Below, one piece after another: positions 26,275 to 35,356 of a stretch of DNA of 50,259 bases (the first letter of the stretch is position 1; the number at the start of each line of letters is the position of its first letter). This stretch comes from a virus (Duplodnaviria > Caudoviricetes). A program made the translations under genes and the position numbers. Where the stretch lies: positions 1 through 50,259 of IMG/VR virus record IMGVR_UViG_3300009424_000023, one strand, 5' to 3'. The notes beneath the pieces were generated by a model. It was given only the letters and a program-made list of their open reading frames with translations. It searched no databases and was not told the DNA's origin.

Positions 26275-29200
26275 GCGGGTTCCTTATCGTAATTTTTCTG
26301 GCTTGCAGCAAGCAATTCATTAAGCCTATCACCCACCGTCTGGCTCTTGTCTTCTTGTGAAGAGTAATATCCTTGTGAGGCTGAAAGATTGCCATACCCC
26401 TGAATATCGCCGCGCTTTTTATCTAACAAACCCGCCGCGCCGGCCAGCTTCTGCATAGCGCGTATTCTTGCAGGTCTATGCTCATAGCCGTTGGCAATTG
26501 CCTGCAACGCCTCTTCATGCTTTCCATCTTTGTGATGCCGCAAACCGGATTCAACCATTGCATGTACGAGATCGTCATGCCCGGCACTCGCAGCAAGCCC
26601 AAGAATAGCGGCATGAACCGACTTCGCCTTATCTCCAAGGAAATAGTTGTTATGCTTGCCGTATTTACCGCCATACGATTCTGATTTTGGCTCATGTGTA
26701 TCGATAGCACCACCCAGCACGCCAAGGTGCCGCGCCTTCGCCCAAAGTGCGGCAATCGCTTTCTTGGGGAGCTTAACCCGCGCGCCATACCCTTTGTCGG
26801 CATCTTGAATCTCACCCAATGGAGCAGCAGCATCAAGTGCCTCGGAGAACGTTTTTGCATGGCGGATGCGCTCGTTTTGTTCAGCGATCAGCTTTTGGCG
26901 AATCGGCTTAACCTCTGGAGAGTCGCCATCTCCATAGTAATACCCACCGCCAGAATACTTCCCGCTCAAATCGCCAATGATGCGTGTCCACGGATTGCTG
27001 TTACCATCTACACCGAGCCCATATTTGCGCTTGGCGCGCGTTACGGTCTTTCCGCCACGACGCCCAACGCTTGCGGTATCAGTGCCAAACGAAGCCGCCC
27101 GCTCGGCATCCATCCACGCCTGAATTGCTTTCTGCTTGTTCTCTTCGGTCGGTAGCATGAAGTCATGCGTATCTGGCCCATATCCCTTGCTGTTGCCGCT
27201 GACTTCATAGCTAGGAACAATTACCGGCTGCCCTGTAGCTTTGTCTATCAGCGCAACGCTGCCATGACCCGCGCTGACCTTGTAATTTCTCAATCCGTCC
27301 CACAGTTGGCTTTGCAGCTTGTCATGGTTTGCCGAGATCACCGATGGAGGCAATTTCATCACATCGCTGACTTGCTTAATTTCCAGTGGCTTTTCAGCAA
27401 TCTTGCGGCTGATTTCTTCCGTTTCCGCCTTTTCGTCATAGGCGAATGCCTTGGGTTTCGGCATGTCCTTTATGTCCATCGTCATGCGGGATGGCATTTC
27501 CTGACCATACAAGCGCATCGCCACTTGCTGCTTACGTGGGTCAACGCCTTCGACCACATACCTTGCAACCTTATCGCCATCGGCAATTTCAATGCCTGCT
27601 CCAGCGTACATCATCGTCCCAGTGCTGGCGACGATCACGGGCGTATCTGAATCCAGCGCCTGTTTCGCAGTGAAATACTTATCCGCTTTGAGCGCCGAGT
27701 ATTCTTTGTCCAGCTTGGCTTTGAGTCGTGCCGCGCTCTGCGTATCCTTGTTTTTCAGGGCAGCGTAGCTACGCTTGACCTCTTGGAATTTCACAAAGCG
27801 CTGCGATGCCTCCGCCGTCCTTCCGGCGACTAGGCGCTCTTCCTTGGCTTTGTGATTAGCCTCGAATGCTTCGCGCGCTTGGTCTGGGTCGGCTGCCAGC
27901 ATAATCATCATTTCATCACGGCTCACATTCCCCTGCTGGTTCATGTTTTCCACTTCGTTGCCGCCCTTCCAGACGGCATCCTGCCAGTCTTTCTTGGCTA
28001 AAATCGCCTGCAACCGATAGCCGTCGAAGCTACCTTTTGCCAGATATGCGTGAACTCTAACGCCCTCGTTTGTATTGCCCTGGCGTAAGCCACGCCCATT
28101 TCGCTGCTGCATGGATGCGGGCTCCCACGGCAAGTCGAGATGGTGAATATCCGAAGTGCCCTTTTGCAGATTCAGCCCCTCGCCCATCGTGGCCGTGTTG
28201 CCGATCACCACTTTCAGCTTGCGCGCGTTGAACGCATCGCAAATGCTTTGCCGCTTGGATGATGAGGATGCAACTTGCGCATTGATGATGCCGATCTGGT
28301 TGCGCGGGATACCGGACGCAACAAGCGCAGCGGCAATTTTCTCGTGAGAATCGACGTAATCAGAGAAAACAATCTGTCCGCCATCCTTCATATTCTTGAT
28401 GATTTCCTGAGCACAGGTAATGTATTTCGGGCTTTTTGTTCCATCGTAATCGGGGTCAAGCAAGGATAGATCGACAGCGGCCTTGTTCATCTTGTCCATG
28501 ATGCTGAAAATATGCGCGTCTCCGGTCGCATCTTTCCCTTTTGCTTCCGCCGCCAGTTCGCGCAATTCTGAATAGGCAGATTCTTGCTCCGCATCCATCG
28601 TAACCATGTGCGTGACATCCTGCCTCCCCGGCAGCTTCAATCCGACCTCATCCGCAGTTTGGCGATGAATATAGCGCTTCATGATCGCGCGGAGCTCATC
28701 CATATTTTGGAAGCCAGCAGTAATCAGCGCCTCTTCCATCTTTCCGCCTGTATCAAGCGCCATGCCATTTTCGAACTTGGCAAATCGGTCAAGGAACTCT
28801 TCGCTATTGCGTACGCCGATCTTCTCGAATGCTTCCGGCGCGACATGCGACAGCATGGCGTAAATCTCAATCGGGCTATTTTTGGTTGGCGTGGCCGTCA
28901 AGCCGTACACGTTCTTCCCATTTTGCTGATCGAGCAACCAGCGCGCCTTGAGGTTAAAATCAAGCGCACGCATTGATAGCCCGCCACCGCCCAGATACTT
29001 GGGCGACTCACCAAAGCGCGACTTGATCGCGCACAGGTTCTTTTGGTGATGGAATTCGTCATGAATCAGCGCATCCACCCCAAGGCCGTTGAAGTACGTC
29101 GCATCGGTACGAGAGTCTTTCCCGAATTCCTGACTCGCGCGCGCCTGTTCCCAGCTTTCGCGGATCTGCTTGGCGCGCTTATCGCCAGCATTGCCCAGCT

Positions 29201-32200
29201 TGTCGCCACGCTGCACCCAGAAATCCTTGCTGTTGTATTCACCCTTGGTGATTGGGTCTAGGTCAATTTCCTCAAATGACGGCTCGCTGCAAATGATGAA
29301 GTCGTATTCGTTTTGCTGAAGATCATGGTATTTACGCTTGCGCTCAGCGGCATTGTCATCCTTGCCTTTGAGAGAGCCATCAGCAAGTCGTTCAAAGCTT
29401 CCGCCGATGGTGAGCACCTTGCTCCCTGGGAACCATTTCTCGCACTCATCGAACCAGTTGGCGAGAACGGACTTCGGCACCACGATCATCGGACGTTTTG
29501 CCTGCCCAGTCGTTTTGAGCGTGCGCGCCAACATTAACGCCCGCGCTGTTTTACCCAGCCCGACATCAGCCGCAATGATTCCCTTGCCCGCGTTCAGCGC
29601 CCAGCGCAGCCCGCCCCACTGGTAGTCCTTCAATCCCTCGGTATTCATACCGGGAATATCCATAGGCTCATTCGAGAATTCCCGTTCAGCGAAGCCCCTG
29701 AATTTTCTGTTGTACAGGTCTTCGGCTATTTCGCGGTATTCCGGCGATGCGCAAAGCCAGTCTTTGAACTCCACGTTCAGGTCATCAATGATGTGCTTAT
29801 CGTCTTTTCTCAGGCCGGTGCGGTTCAGGTACTTATCGAGGTGCGATTGCTCGCCATATCCATTTCCACCGGTGATCGCGTAAACGCCATCTTCGAACGT
29901 AACAACCACCGGGGGTAACTCTTTCTGCCACTTATTGCCGTTCTGGTTTCTTGATGTCAGGAATGCAGACAAAATTGACGTTGGCAAGAAAGCCGAGTTC
30001 ACCTGGATAAATGCATCCTCCAATGAGACAGGAGCGATTGTTTCTGTCAGCATAGTTACTTGCTGTTCCAGCTTCTTGCGTTGCTCAGGTGCCAATCCCT
30101 CGCCAGACAGCGCCGCCTTCGCGAAATCTGCCTTAGCCCACAGATCGCCGGACAGGTAGATGTCTTTTGTTGTCCATTCGCCAGTCACTGGGTCAATGGC
30201 GTACTTCGGGGATCCATAAAGCTGGTCTAGCGCCTCTTCTCTATCTAGCTCCGCCGCCTTTGCCAGCCTGTCTACACCAACAGTCTCATGGTCATTAAGT
30301 AATGACTGAACCGTGGCCTCAAATGAGCCCATCTGCTGTTTAGCCACCTTGCCAGTTACCGCATCGGAGAGTTCGCCATTCGATTTAACCGCACCGATCA
30401 ACCGGTACAGCGCCTTGTCCTGCTGCGCACCAAGTAATACGTCCTTGTTCTTCGATGGAATACCGTGCGCCTCAACCCATTCACGCAAGTCTTTTTCGAG
30501 GGCAGGACGATCAACGGCAGTCATGCCATCCATCAGCGCATCAATCCGCGCGGCGATGTCTTGCCCTTGTTTCAACGCTTCCGATTGCAGCACCTCGTCA
30601 ATACGATGCCAACGTGGCGGATTACCCTGCAGCACATAAACTACGCCGTCCACCGTCTTGGTATCACCAACCTTTGAAGTGTCAGCATATGGGCGATTCA
30701 TTGCACCGCCCATCACCATAGAACGTGCTTTCTCGTCACCACCAACAGCGGTCAGAATGTCAGTTACAGCCGGAATTTCCTTGCCGTCTTCCGGTGAAAA
30801 CTCAGCGAGCGCTTCTGGCACGCCACTCATGGAACCTTCGACAGTAATGTCCGCACCCATACCGGCTTTTGCGCGCCAACCATCACCCATCTTGCCCAAC
30901 ACATTCTCCGCACCACGCCCGGTGAAGTATTTGCCCGCAAGGAACTCTTCGTCCCAGACGCCAAGTGCTTTTAAGTGATCTTGCTTGACTGCGGAAGATG
31001 ACAGCGCACCGGCCACATCATCTGGAAACTTGCGGAACCACACCACGTCGGTTGTCACCTCAGTATGCGAATGCTCGAATGCAGTATTCGGCATACGCTG
31101 AGCACCAAGGAACTGCCCCTTGCGCAATAGCGCCTCACGCAACTTGCGATTTGTGCGCGAATCCATGATGCCAGTCGGCACGATCAGGCCGACAATACCG
31201 CCAGCCTTGCACTTATCCATCGCCGTGTCGCAGAAATACGCATCCGCCGTTTTCAAATTAGGCTTGTCGTCCTTAATCAGCGACCCGCGTAGTCCAAATG
31301 GCACATTGCCCAGCACGCCGTCATATTGACGCTCATCCTGAGTAGCGAATCGCTCGAGGCTGGCATTTGCAATCTCATGGCGATCACCATGCAGCGCTTT
31401 GGCTATTTTGGCCGATGTCTCGTCCATTTCAACGCCGGTCACTTTAGAATCTGCCGGCGCGGTATGCAAAAACACACCGGGGCCGCAGGATGGCTCAAGC
31501 ACTTCACCCTTCACGCCGAGACGCTGCGCGACCAACCACATGGCACTTGCCACTTCGGGCAAGGTGTAGAACTCATTCAGAGAATCGCCACAGCCGCCAT
31601 TGCCTGAGTATTGGCGCAGAATCGCTTTGTCTTCGTCTGAGTATTCTCCCCCACGGGCTACGATAGCGGCGGCTTGCGTATTCAGGTCACGGCGGGCTTG
31701 CTTGCTGATGCCGGCCTGCACCCCAAAAGGAAGCGATGCGTCAACATTGCCAACCTGGACAGATGCAAGATTAGAAATCCGCGCATCCTCGGCGGCCATT
31801 GCATCCGGCGTGCCGTCAGTTCGGCGCTCTAACAGGCGCTCGTAGCGGCTTTTCGACTCTTTTGCTACGGTTTTTTGTGGATTCTCTGCGGTAACAGGCT
31901 TCGAAATAGCAACTTCACCGGGCTTGAGGTGCTTTTCGCGGATGAACCAGCCGCCCAATTTCTTGAATGTGTAGGGGTCAATCTCCATCGCCTGATCTTT
32001 GGTCAGATCAGTACGCACAATCCCGCGCAAAGTCTTACCCCTGCCTGTGATGTGCTCAACAATAGCGTGCGGAACAACGATGTCCCCGGCATGGCTAGGC
32101 GCTACATGTTCGTTTTCTGCTTTTTTTTCGACATGTTTTTCCGATGTGTCGATTGAATCAACATGTTTTGGCGGTGCTGCGAATAGATCAGCTTGCGGCG

Positions 32201-32591
32201 CTGGCTCCGGCTTTATGTTGTCGAACATCGCCGCGACTTCAACAACAGACTTTCCGCCCAGCTTTCCCATTTCCTCAAAAATGCGCTGCTGTTGGCCGTC
32301 AGTCATTCCAGACATGAGGTGTGCGAGGTTGCCTAGCCCGCCATGCTTGATGATGAAAGCCTCTAGGCGTGCTGAATGCTTGTCCTTCTGGGGCTCTTCT
32401 GAGTTACCGAATAAATCTGGCTGCGCAGGCTTTTCAATGCGTACCTTCTGAATTCGAGTGTGTGCCTGCGTAAAATGCCCGCGCTTATCTACCGATGCGC
32501 CGACCTGCACGGGCATCTCGATCAACTGGAATTGCTCTGACTTGAAGAATAGGCACCGAACGGCACCGAGACGCGAGAATAGGGTTTGCAT
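26271..32591 (-). CDS. darB: DarB-like N6-adenine methyltransferase + SNF2-type helicase (antirestriction, head-packaged)
   Basis: VLEPSCGPGVF (motif I), GNVPFG (motif IV variant), ADVGLGKT, DEFH, TATP, QRNGRGLRQGN; 2106 aa. Confidence 0.8.
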   Translation of the reverse strand: MQTLFSRLGAVRCLFFKSEQFQLIEMPVQVGASVDKRGHFTQAHTRIQKVRIEKPAQPDLFGNSEEPQKDKHSARLEAFIIKHGGLGNLAHLMSGMTDGQQQRIFEEMGKLGGKSVVEVAAMFDNIKPEPAPQADLFAAPPKHVDSIDTSEKHVEKKAENEHVAPSHAGDIVVPHAIVEHITGRGKTLRGIVRTDLTKDQAMEIDPYTFKKLGGWFIREKHLKPGEVAISKPVTAENPQKTVAKESKSRYERLLERRTDGTPDAMAAEDARISNLASVQVGNVDASLPFGVQAGISKQARRDLNTQAAAIVARGGEYSDEDKAILRQYSGNGGCGDSLNEFYTLPEVASAMWLVAQRLGVKGEVLEPSCGPGVFLHTAPADSKVTGVEMDETSAKIAKALHGDRHEIANASLERFATQDERQYDGVLGNVPFGLRGSLIKDDKPNLKTADAYFCDTAMDKCKAGGIVGLIVPTGIMDSRTNRKLREALLRKGQFLGAQRMPNTAFEHSHTEVTTDVVWFRKFPDDVAGALSSSAVKQDHLKALGVWDEEFLAGKYFTGRGAENVLGKMGDGWRAKAGMGADITVEGSMSGVPEALAEFSPEDGKEIPAVTDILTAVGGDEKARSMVMGGAMNRPYADTSKVGDTKTVDGVVYVLQGNPPRWHRIDEVLQSEALKQGQDIAARIDALMDGMTAVDRPALEKDLREWVEAHGIPSKNKDVLLGAQQDKALYRLIGAVKSNGELSDAVTGKVAKQQMGSFEATVQSLLNDHETVGVDRLAKAAELDREEALDQLYGSPKYAIDPVTGEWTTKDIYLSGDLWAKADFAKAALSGEGLAPEQRKKLEQQVTMLTETIAPVSLEDAFIQVNSAFLPTSILSAFLTSRNQNGNKWQKELPPVVVTFEDGVYAITGGNGYGEQSHLDKYLNRTGLRKDDKHIIDDLNVEFKDWLCASPEYREIAEDLYNRKFRGFAEREFSNEPMDIPGMNTEGLKDYQWGGLRWALNAGKGIIAADVGLGKTARALMLARTLKTTGQAKRPMIVVPKSVLANWFDECEKWFPGSKVLTIGGSFERLADGSLKGKDDNAAERKRKYHDLQQNEYDFIICSEPSFEEIDLDPITKGEYNSKDFWVQRGDKLGNAGDKRAKQIRESWEQARASQEFGKDSRTDATYFNGLGVDALIHDEFHHQKNLCAIKSRFGESPKYLGGGGLSMRALDFNLKARWLLDQQNGKNVYGLTATPTKNSPIEIYAMLSHVAPEAFEKIGVRNSEEFLDRFAKFENGMALDTGGKMEEALITAGFQNMDELRAIMKRYIHRQTADEVGLKLPGRQDVTHMVTMDAEQESAYSELRELAAEAKGKDATGDAHIFSIMDKMNKAAVDLSLLDPDYDGTKSPKYITCAQEIIKNMKDGGQIVFSDYVDSHEKIAAALVASGIPRNQIGIINAQVASSSSKRQSICDAFNARKLKVVIGNTATMGEGLNLQKGTSDIHHLDLPWEPASMQQRNGRGLRQGNTNEGVRVHAYLAKGSFDGYRLQAILAKKDWQDAVWKGGNEVENMNQQGNVSRDEMMIMLAADPDQAREAFEANHKAKEERLVAGRTAEASQRFVKFQEVKRSYAALKNKDTQSAARLKAKLDKEYSALKADKYFTAKQALDSDTPVIVASTGTMMYAGAGIEIADGDKVARYVVEGVDPRKQQVAMRLYGQEMPSRMTMDIKDMPKPKAFAYDEKAETEEISRKIAEKPLEIKQVSDVMKLPPSVISANHDKLQSQLWDGLRNYKVSAGHGSVALIDKATGQPVIVPSYEVSGNSKGYGPDTHDFMLPTEENKQKAIQAWMDAERAASFGTDTASVGRRGGKTVTRAKRKYGLGVDGNSNPWTRIIGDLSGKYSGGGYYYGDGDSPEVKPIRQKLIAEQNERIRHAKTFSEALDAAAPLGEIQDADKGYGARVKLPKKAIAALWAKARHLGVLGGAIDTHEPKSESYGGKYGKHNNYFLGDKAKSVHAAILGLAASAGHDDLVHAMVESGLRHHKDGKHEEALQAIANGYEHRPARIRAMQKLAGAAGLLDKKRGDIQGYGNLSASQGYYSSQEDKSQTVGDRLNELLAASQKNYDKEPA

Positions 32592-32618
32592 GGTGTCACC
32601 ATCTAAGGGGTTCCCCTT

Positions 32619-32634
32619 ATGGTGACATCACGAC
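32619..32634 (-). promoter_or_regulatory. Putative late promoter for DarB-like gene
   Basis: GTCGTGAT-gtcAccaT. Confidence 0.65.
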
Positions 32635-32641
32635 ATAGCGG

Positions 32642-33202
32642 TTATAACTTGGAGATGATTTGTTCGTATTCGCGGACAATCGCACTCGCTGGTGCTATTT
32701 GCCTCTCGGTGAAAATTTCAGCCAGGCTACGGTAATACCACAGCGTTTCATCCTGACTCGCCGTGAATCGGTCAAATACCGATGCGCCGACCTCGACTAG
32801 ATCAAGGTGGATAGACTGGATGTTGTGCAATTTGTCACAGGCCGAAACCAGCAGTGCATCGTCAGGCGTTTCTACCAAATGCGCCAAGTATGCCTCCTTG
32901 CGAACGCGCCACGGTGCTTTCTTCCCTGTTTTGGCATCCGGCGTACCATCAGTGCAGGCGCGAACGATAGACAATACGCGATCACCGAATTCCGCGATAC
33001 GCACGGCCCACCCTTCGCCAGCATCTTCGAGAACATCATGCAGCAACGCGCCAATTTGCTGATCTTCATCGCCTCCATAGCGAGCTACCAGCGCAGCGAC
33101 CGCGACGGGGTGAGTGATATATGGGATGCCAGTGCCTTTGCGCTCTTGCCCTTCGTGGGCTTCGGCAGCAACGGCTAACGCTTTTGTGAATCTTGGGGTC
33201 AT
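32642..33202 (-). CDS. Mesh1/SpoT-type HD hydrolase (small alarmone hydrolase family)
   Basis: AHEGQERKGTGIPYITHP, ALLHDVLED, ACDKLHN. Confidence 0.9.
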   Translation of the reverse strand: MTPRFTKALAVAAEAHEGQERKGTGIPYITHPVAVAALVARYGGDEDQQIGALLHDVLEDAGEGWAVRIAEFGDRVLSIVRACTDGTPDAKTGKKAPWRVRKEAYLAHLVETPDDALLVSACDKLHNIQSIHLDLVEVGASVFDRFTASQDETLWYYRSLAEIFTERQIAPASAIVREYEQIISKL

Positions 33203-33222
33203 TGTGTGCTTCCAGAAATGCG

Positions 33223-33246
33223 AAGCCGCCCGAAGGCGGCTTTGTT
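33223..33246. terminator. GC hairpin between small ORF and HD gene
   Basis: AAGCCGCC-CGAA-GGCGGCTT; T-tail better on + (TTTGTT) than on - (TTCGCATTT). Confidence 0.6.
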
Positions 33247-33457
33247 ATGCGGGTTGAGCTTGCTTTTGGCTTTCTGCGATAGCCTGCTTGATATAGTCAG
33301 GCGCTGAATCTTGGGCATCCTGCAATCTTGCCTGCTTTTCTTTCAAATACTCAGGCGAAGAATCGCAATCGCTTCTAATTTCGCTGTACCCATCACCGCC
33401 ATACTCGGGGGCTTTGCCGCCGCAGTAGTTCTTGGGATCCAGTTTTTTGCCGCTCAT
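33245..33457 (-). CDS. Small protein (70 aa), candidate antitoxin
   Basis: Start MSGKKLD with SD GGAGG; ATGA overlap with the zeta gene stop. Confidence 0.7.
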   Translation of the reverse strand: MSGKKLDPKNYCGGKAPEYGGDGYSEIRSDCDSSPEYLKEKQARLQDAQDSAPDYIKQAIAESQKQAQPA

Positions 33458-35334
33458 TGTTTTACCCTCCACACCACAATCATACTCTTCAGCAACGACT
33501 TGCGCAAAATCTCCTTGCTCTTCATGGCGGGCTCACCACTTTGCGAAATCAGAATTGGTTTTTCACCCTTTGCCACGTTGTTGTCTCTGAAAGACCATGC
33601 ATCAACCATCTTCCTGACTTGATCGAACGCGGCCTCATTAGTGGTGTTCGACAGCACAATTTCAGGCGGCACAAAGCGGCCAGACTCTCCGCCATCGAGG
33701 AATCGTTTCACTGCGCGCTTACCCGCCTCCTGTCTTGGCAGGTGCATGTAGTGCGCTTCCGTCCGGTACCCAGACTTCTTGAATTTCTCGACATCGGCAA
33801 TGGCCGACTTGGCTGTTTTCATGGTTTTGTCCAAAACCACGTTCAACCCCATGATGCGGGCGAAGTCTGCGACATGATCGAAAAGCTCGCCGGATTCCTC
33901 ATGTACCTGGTGCGCATTCCATCCTTCATACTCTGGGAGCATCGACTTGATGTGATCGGCATCTAGCACAATACAGCGATCAGGCTCGTACACTTCGCCC
34001 TTGAATGAAGACTTGCCAGAACCGCCTCGACCACCAAGGATAATGAAAGCTGGCTGTTCGCCCTGCGGAGGGCGTGCCGCTTTGATTCTTTCGGGTGACA
34101 GCAAGCCCGGTATTTTTACGTCCTTGCCATTTTCATCCTTGCCCATCACGCCGTCGTACAAGATTTTCCGGTGAAGTTCCTGCCGCTCCGGCGTCCACTT
34201 GCCATCGGTCATGAACTTATCAAGCGTTTCCTCAATGTTTTTCAGCCGATCTTGAGCCGCTGCAATCTTCTCTTTCGTGTCGGATGGGAACTCAGCGATG
34301 ATACTTTCCGGCGAAACGTCAGCCTGATCGTGCGACTTTGCATAGTCGGTGGCATTGAATGACTCAGCCGGAATCGGCTCTTGCTTGCCAAGCACAACCG
34401 GCTTTTTAGATTCATCATTTTTGGGCGGCTCTTCGCCTTCCGCAACTGGCTTTCCGTTTTCGCCGGGCGGTTTCTTTCCGCCACCGTCGCCGCGATCAGC
34501 CTTGAATCCGGTCACTTCATGCCAATGCACGTTATGCAATCGGCCAGATGCATCCTCTACCTGAGTTCCATCCTTGCCGATTGCTTTCACCTTGCCGCCA
34601 CCGGAAAACTCGCCAGCCTTGAAATGGATTGTGTCACCCTCTTCGATATTGTGTGTTCCGTAGCCATGTGCAGAACCGCGAACGTCCTCGGCGTCGTGCG
34701 CCGTCGGTTCCTGTGGTGGCTGTTTGGCAGACGGGCGCGCAGCGGGCGCTGCCTGCATCTGTTTCATTCGCTTATCGTCATGTTCTTCAACGACAGTGCC
34801 ATCCTTACGGGTGTATTGCTTGACGTGTGATTTCAGGAAAAGAATGCGCGGATTGGCTGATTTCACCATAACACGCGGTTTCGATGCTTGAAGAAGCTGA
34901 TCTTGCACGCTGACTATCAGACTGCGTGTACTTTTTGTTTTATGGGACGGAATGGCAAAGCCTGCGCGCAACAGAACCTCTCTCGCCCTTTCGTAATCCA
35001 TGTAGGTTAGCTGGTCAATTGCAGACCGCAGATCGCCATAATTCAAATAGTCGCGCAATTCATCCGCATCTTGTTTTGCCGAACGCTCACCGGCCTTAAT
35101 TTCAGACTTCGTTTCGCCGCTAAACATATCCGGCGTGTAGTCTTCCGGCCTTTCCAAGGCTGCAACTGGAATATCTCGCTTTGGAGATGGCGGAACATTA
35201 CGCGCAAACATATCGGCAGTTCGATCATCGTCTGCACGGCTAGTGCGCCTATTGAAATGCGCAGGCACAAACACGCCTTTCTTCGTTACATAGGCGCTGA
35301 CATGCGACTTGAAAAATAAGATTTTCGTTTCCAT
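33454..35334 (-). CDS. Multidomain protein with C-terminal zeta-toxin-type P-loop kinase
   Basis: ERQELHRKI, ILGGRGGSGKS, DADHIK, VHEES, VVLDKTM, RAVKR...GRFVP, DNN. Confidence 0.88.
   Translation of the reverse strand: METKILFFKSHVSAYVTKKGVFVPAHFNRRTSRADDDRTADMFARNVPPSPKRDIPVAALERPEDYTPDMFSGETKSEIKAGERSAKQDADELRDYLNYGDLRSAIDQLTYMDYERAREVLLRAGFAIPSHKTKSTRSLIVSVQDQLLQASKPRVMVKSANPRILFLKSHVKQYTRKDGTVVEEHDDKRMKQMQAAPAARPSAKQPPQEPTAHDAEDVRGSAHGYGTHNIEEGDTIHFKAGEFSGGGKVKAIGKDGTQVEDASGRLHNVHWHEVTGFKADRGDGGGKKPPGENGKPVAEGEEPPKNDESKKPVVLGKQEPIPAESFNATDYAKSHDQADVSPESIIAEFPSDTKEKIAAAQDRLKNIEETLDKFMTDGKWTPERQELHRKILYDGVMGKDENGKDVKIPGLLSPERIKAARPPQGEQPAFIILGGRGGSGKSSFKGEVYEPDRCIVLDADHIKSMLPEYEGWNAHQVHEESGELFDHVADFARIMGLNVVLDKTMKTAKSAIADVEKFKKSGYRTEAHYMHLPRQEAGKRAVKRFLDGGESGRFVPPEIVLSNTTNEAAFDQVRKMVDAWSFRDNNVAKGEKPILISQSGEPAMKSKEILRKSLLKSMIVVWRVKQ
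33479..33507 (-). promoter_or_regulatory. Sigma70-like promoter inside 3' end of zeta gene
   Basis: TTGCGC-N17-TATGAT, upstream of the GGAGG and ATG of the 70-aa ORF. Confidence 0.65.
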
Positions 35335-35340
35335 TGTTTT

Positions 35341-35356
35341 ATTGTCCCGTCACGAT
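35341..35356 (-). promoter_or_regulatory. Putative late promoter, leaderless, for zeta gene
   Basis: ATCGTGAC-gggAcaaT-aaaaca-ATG(35334). Confidence 0.7.

Noticed and set aside
32100-32170. Three ACATGTT copies and a weak stem in darB
   Set aside because: Explained by a KHV/EHV peptide repeat in a linker; T-run is on the wrong side for a terminator
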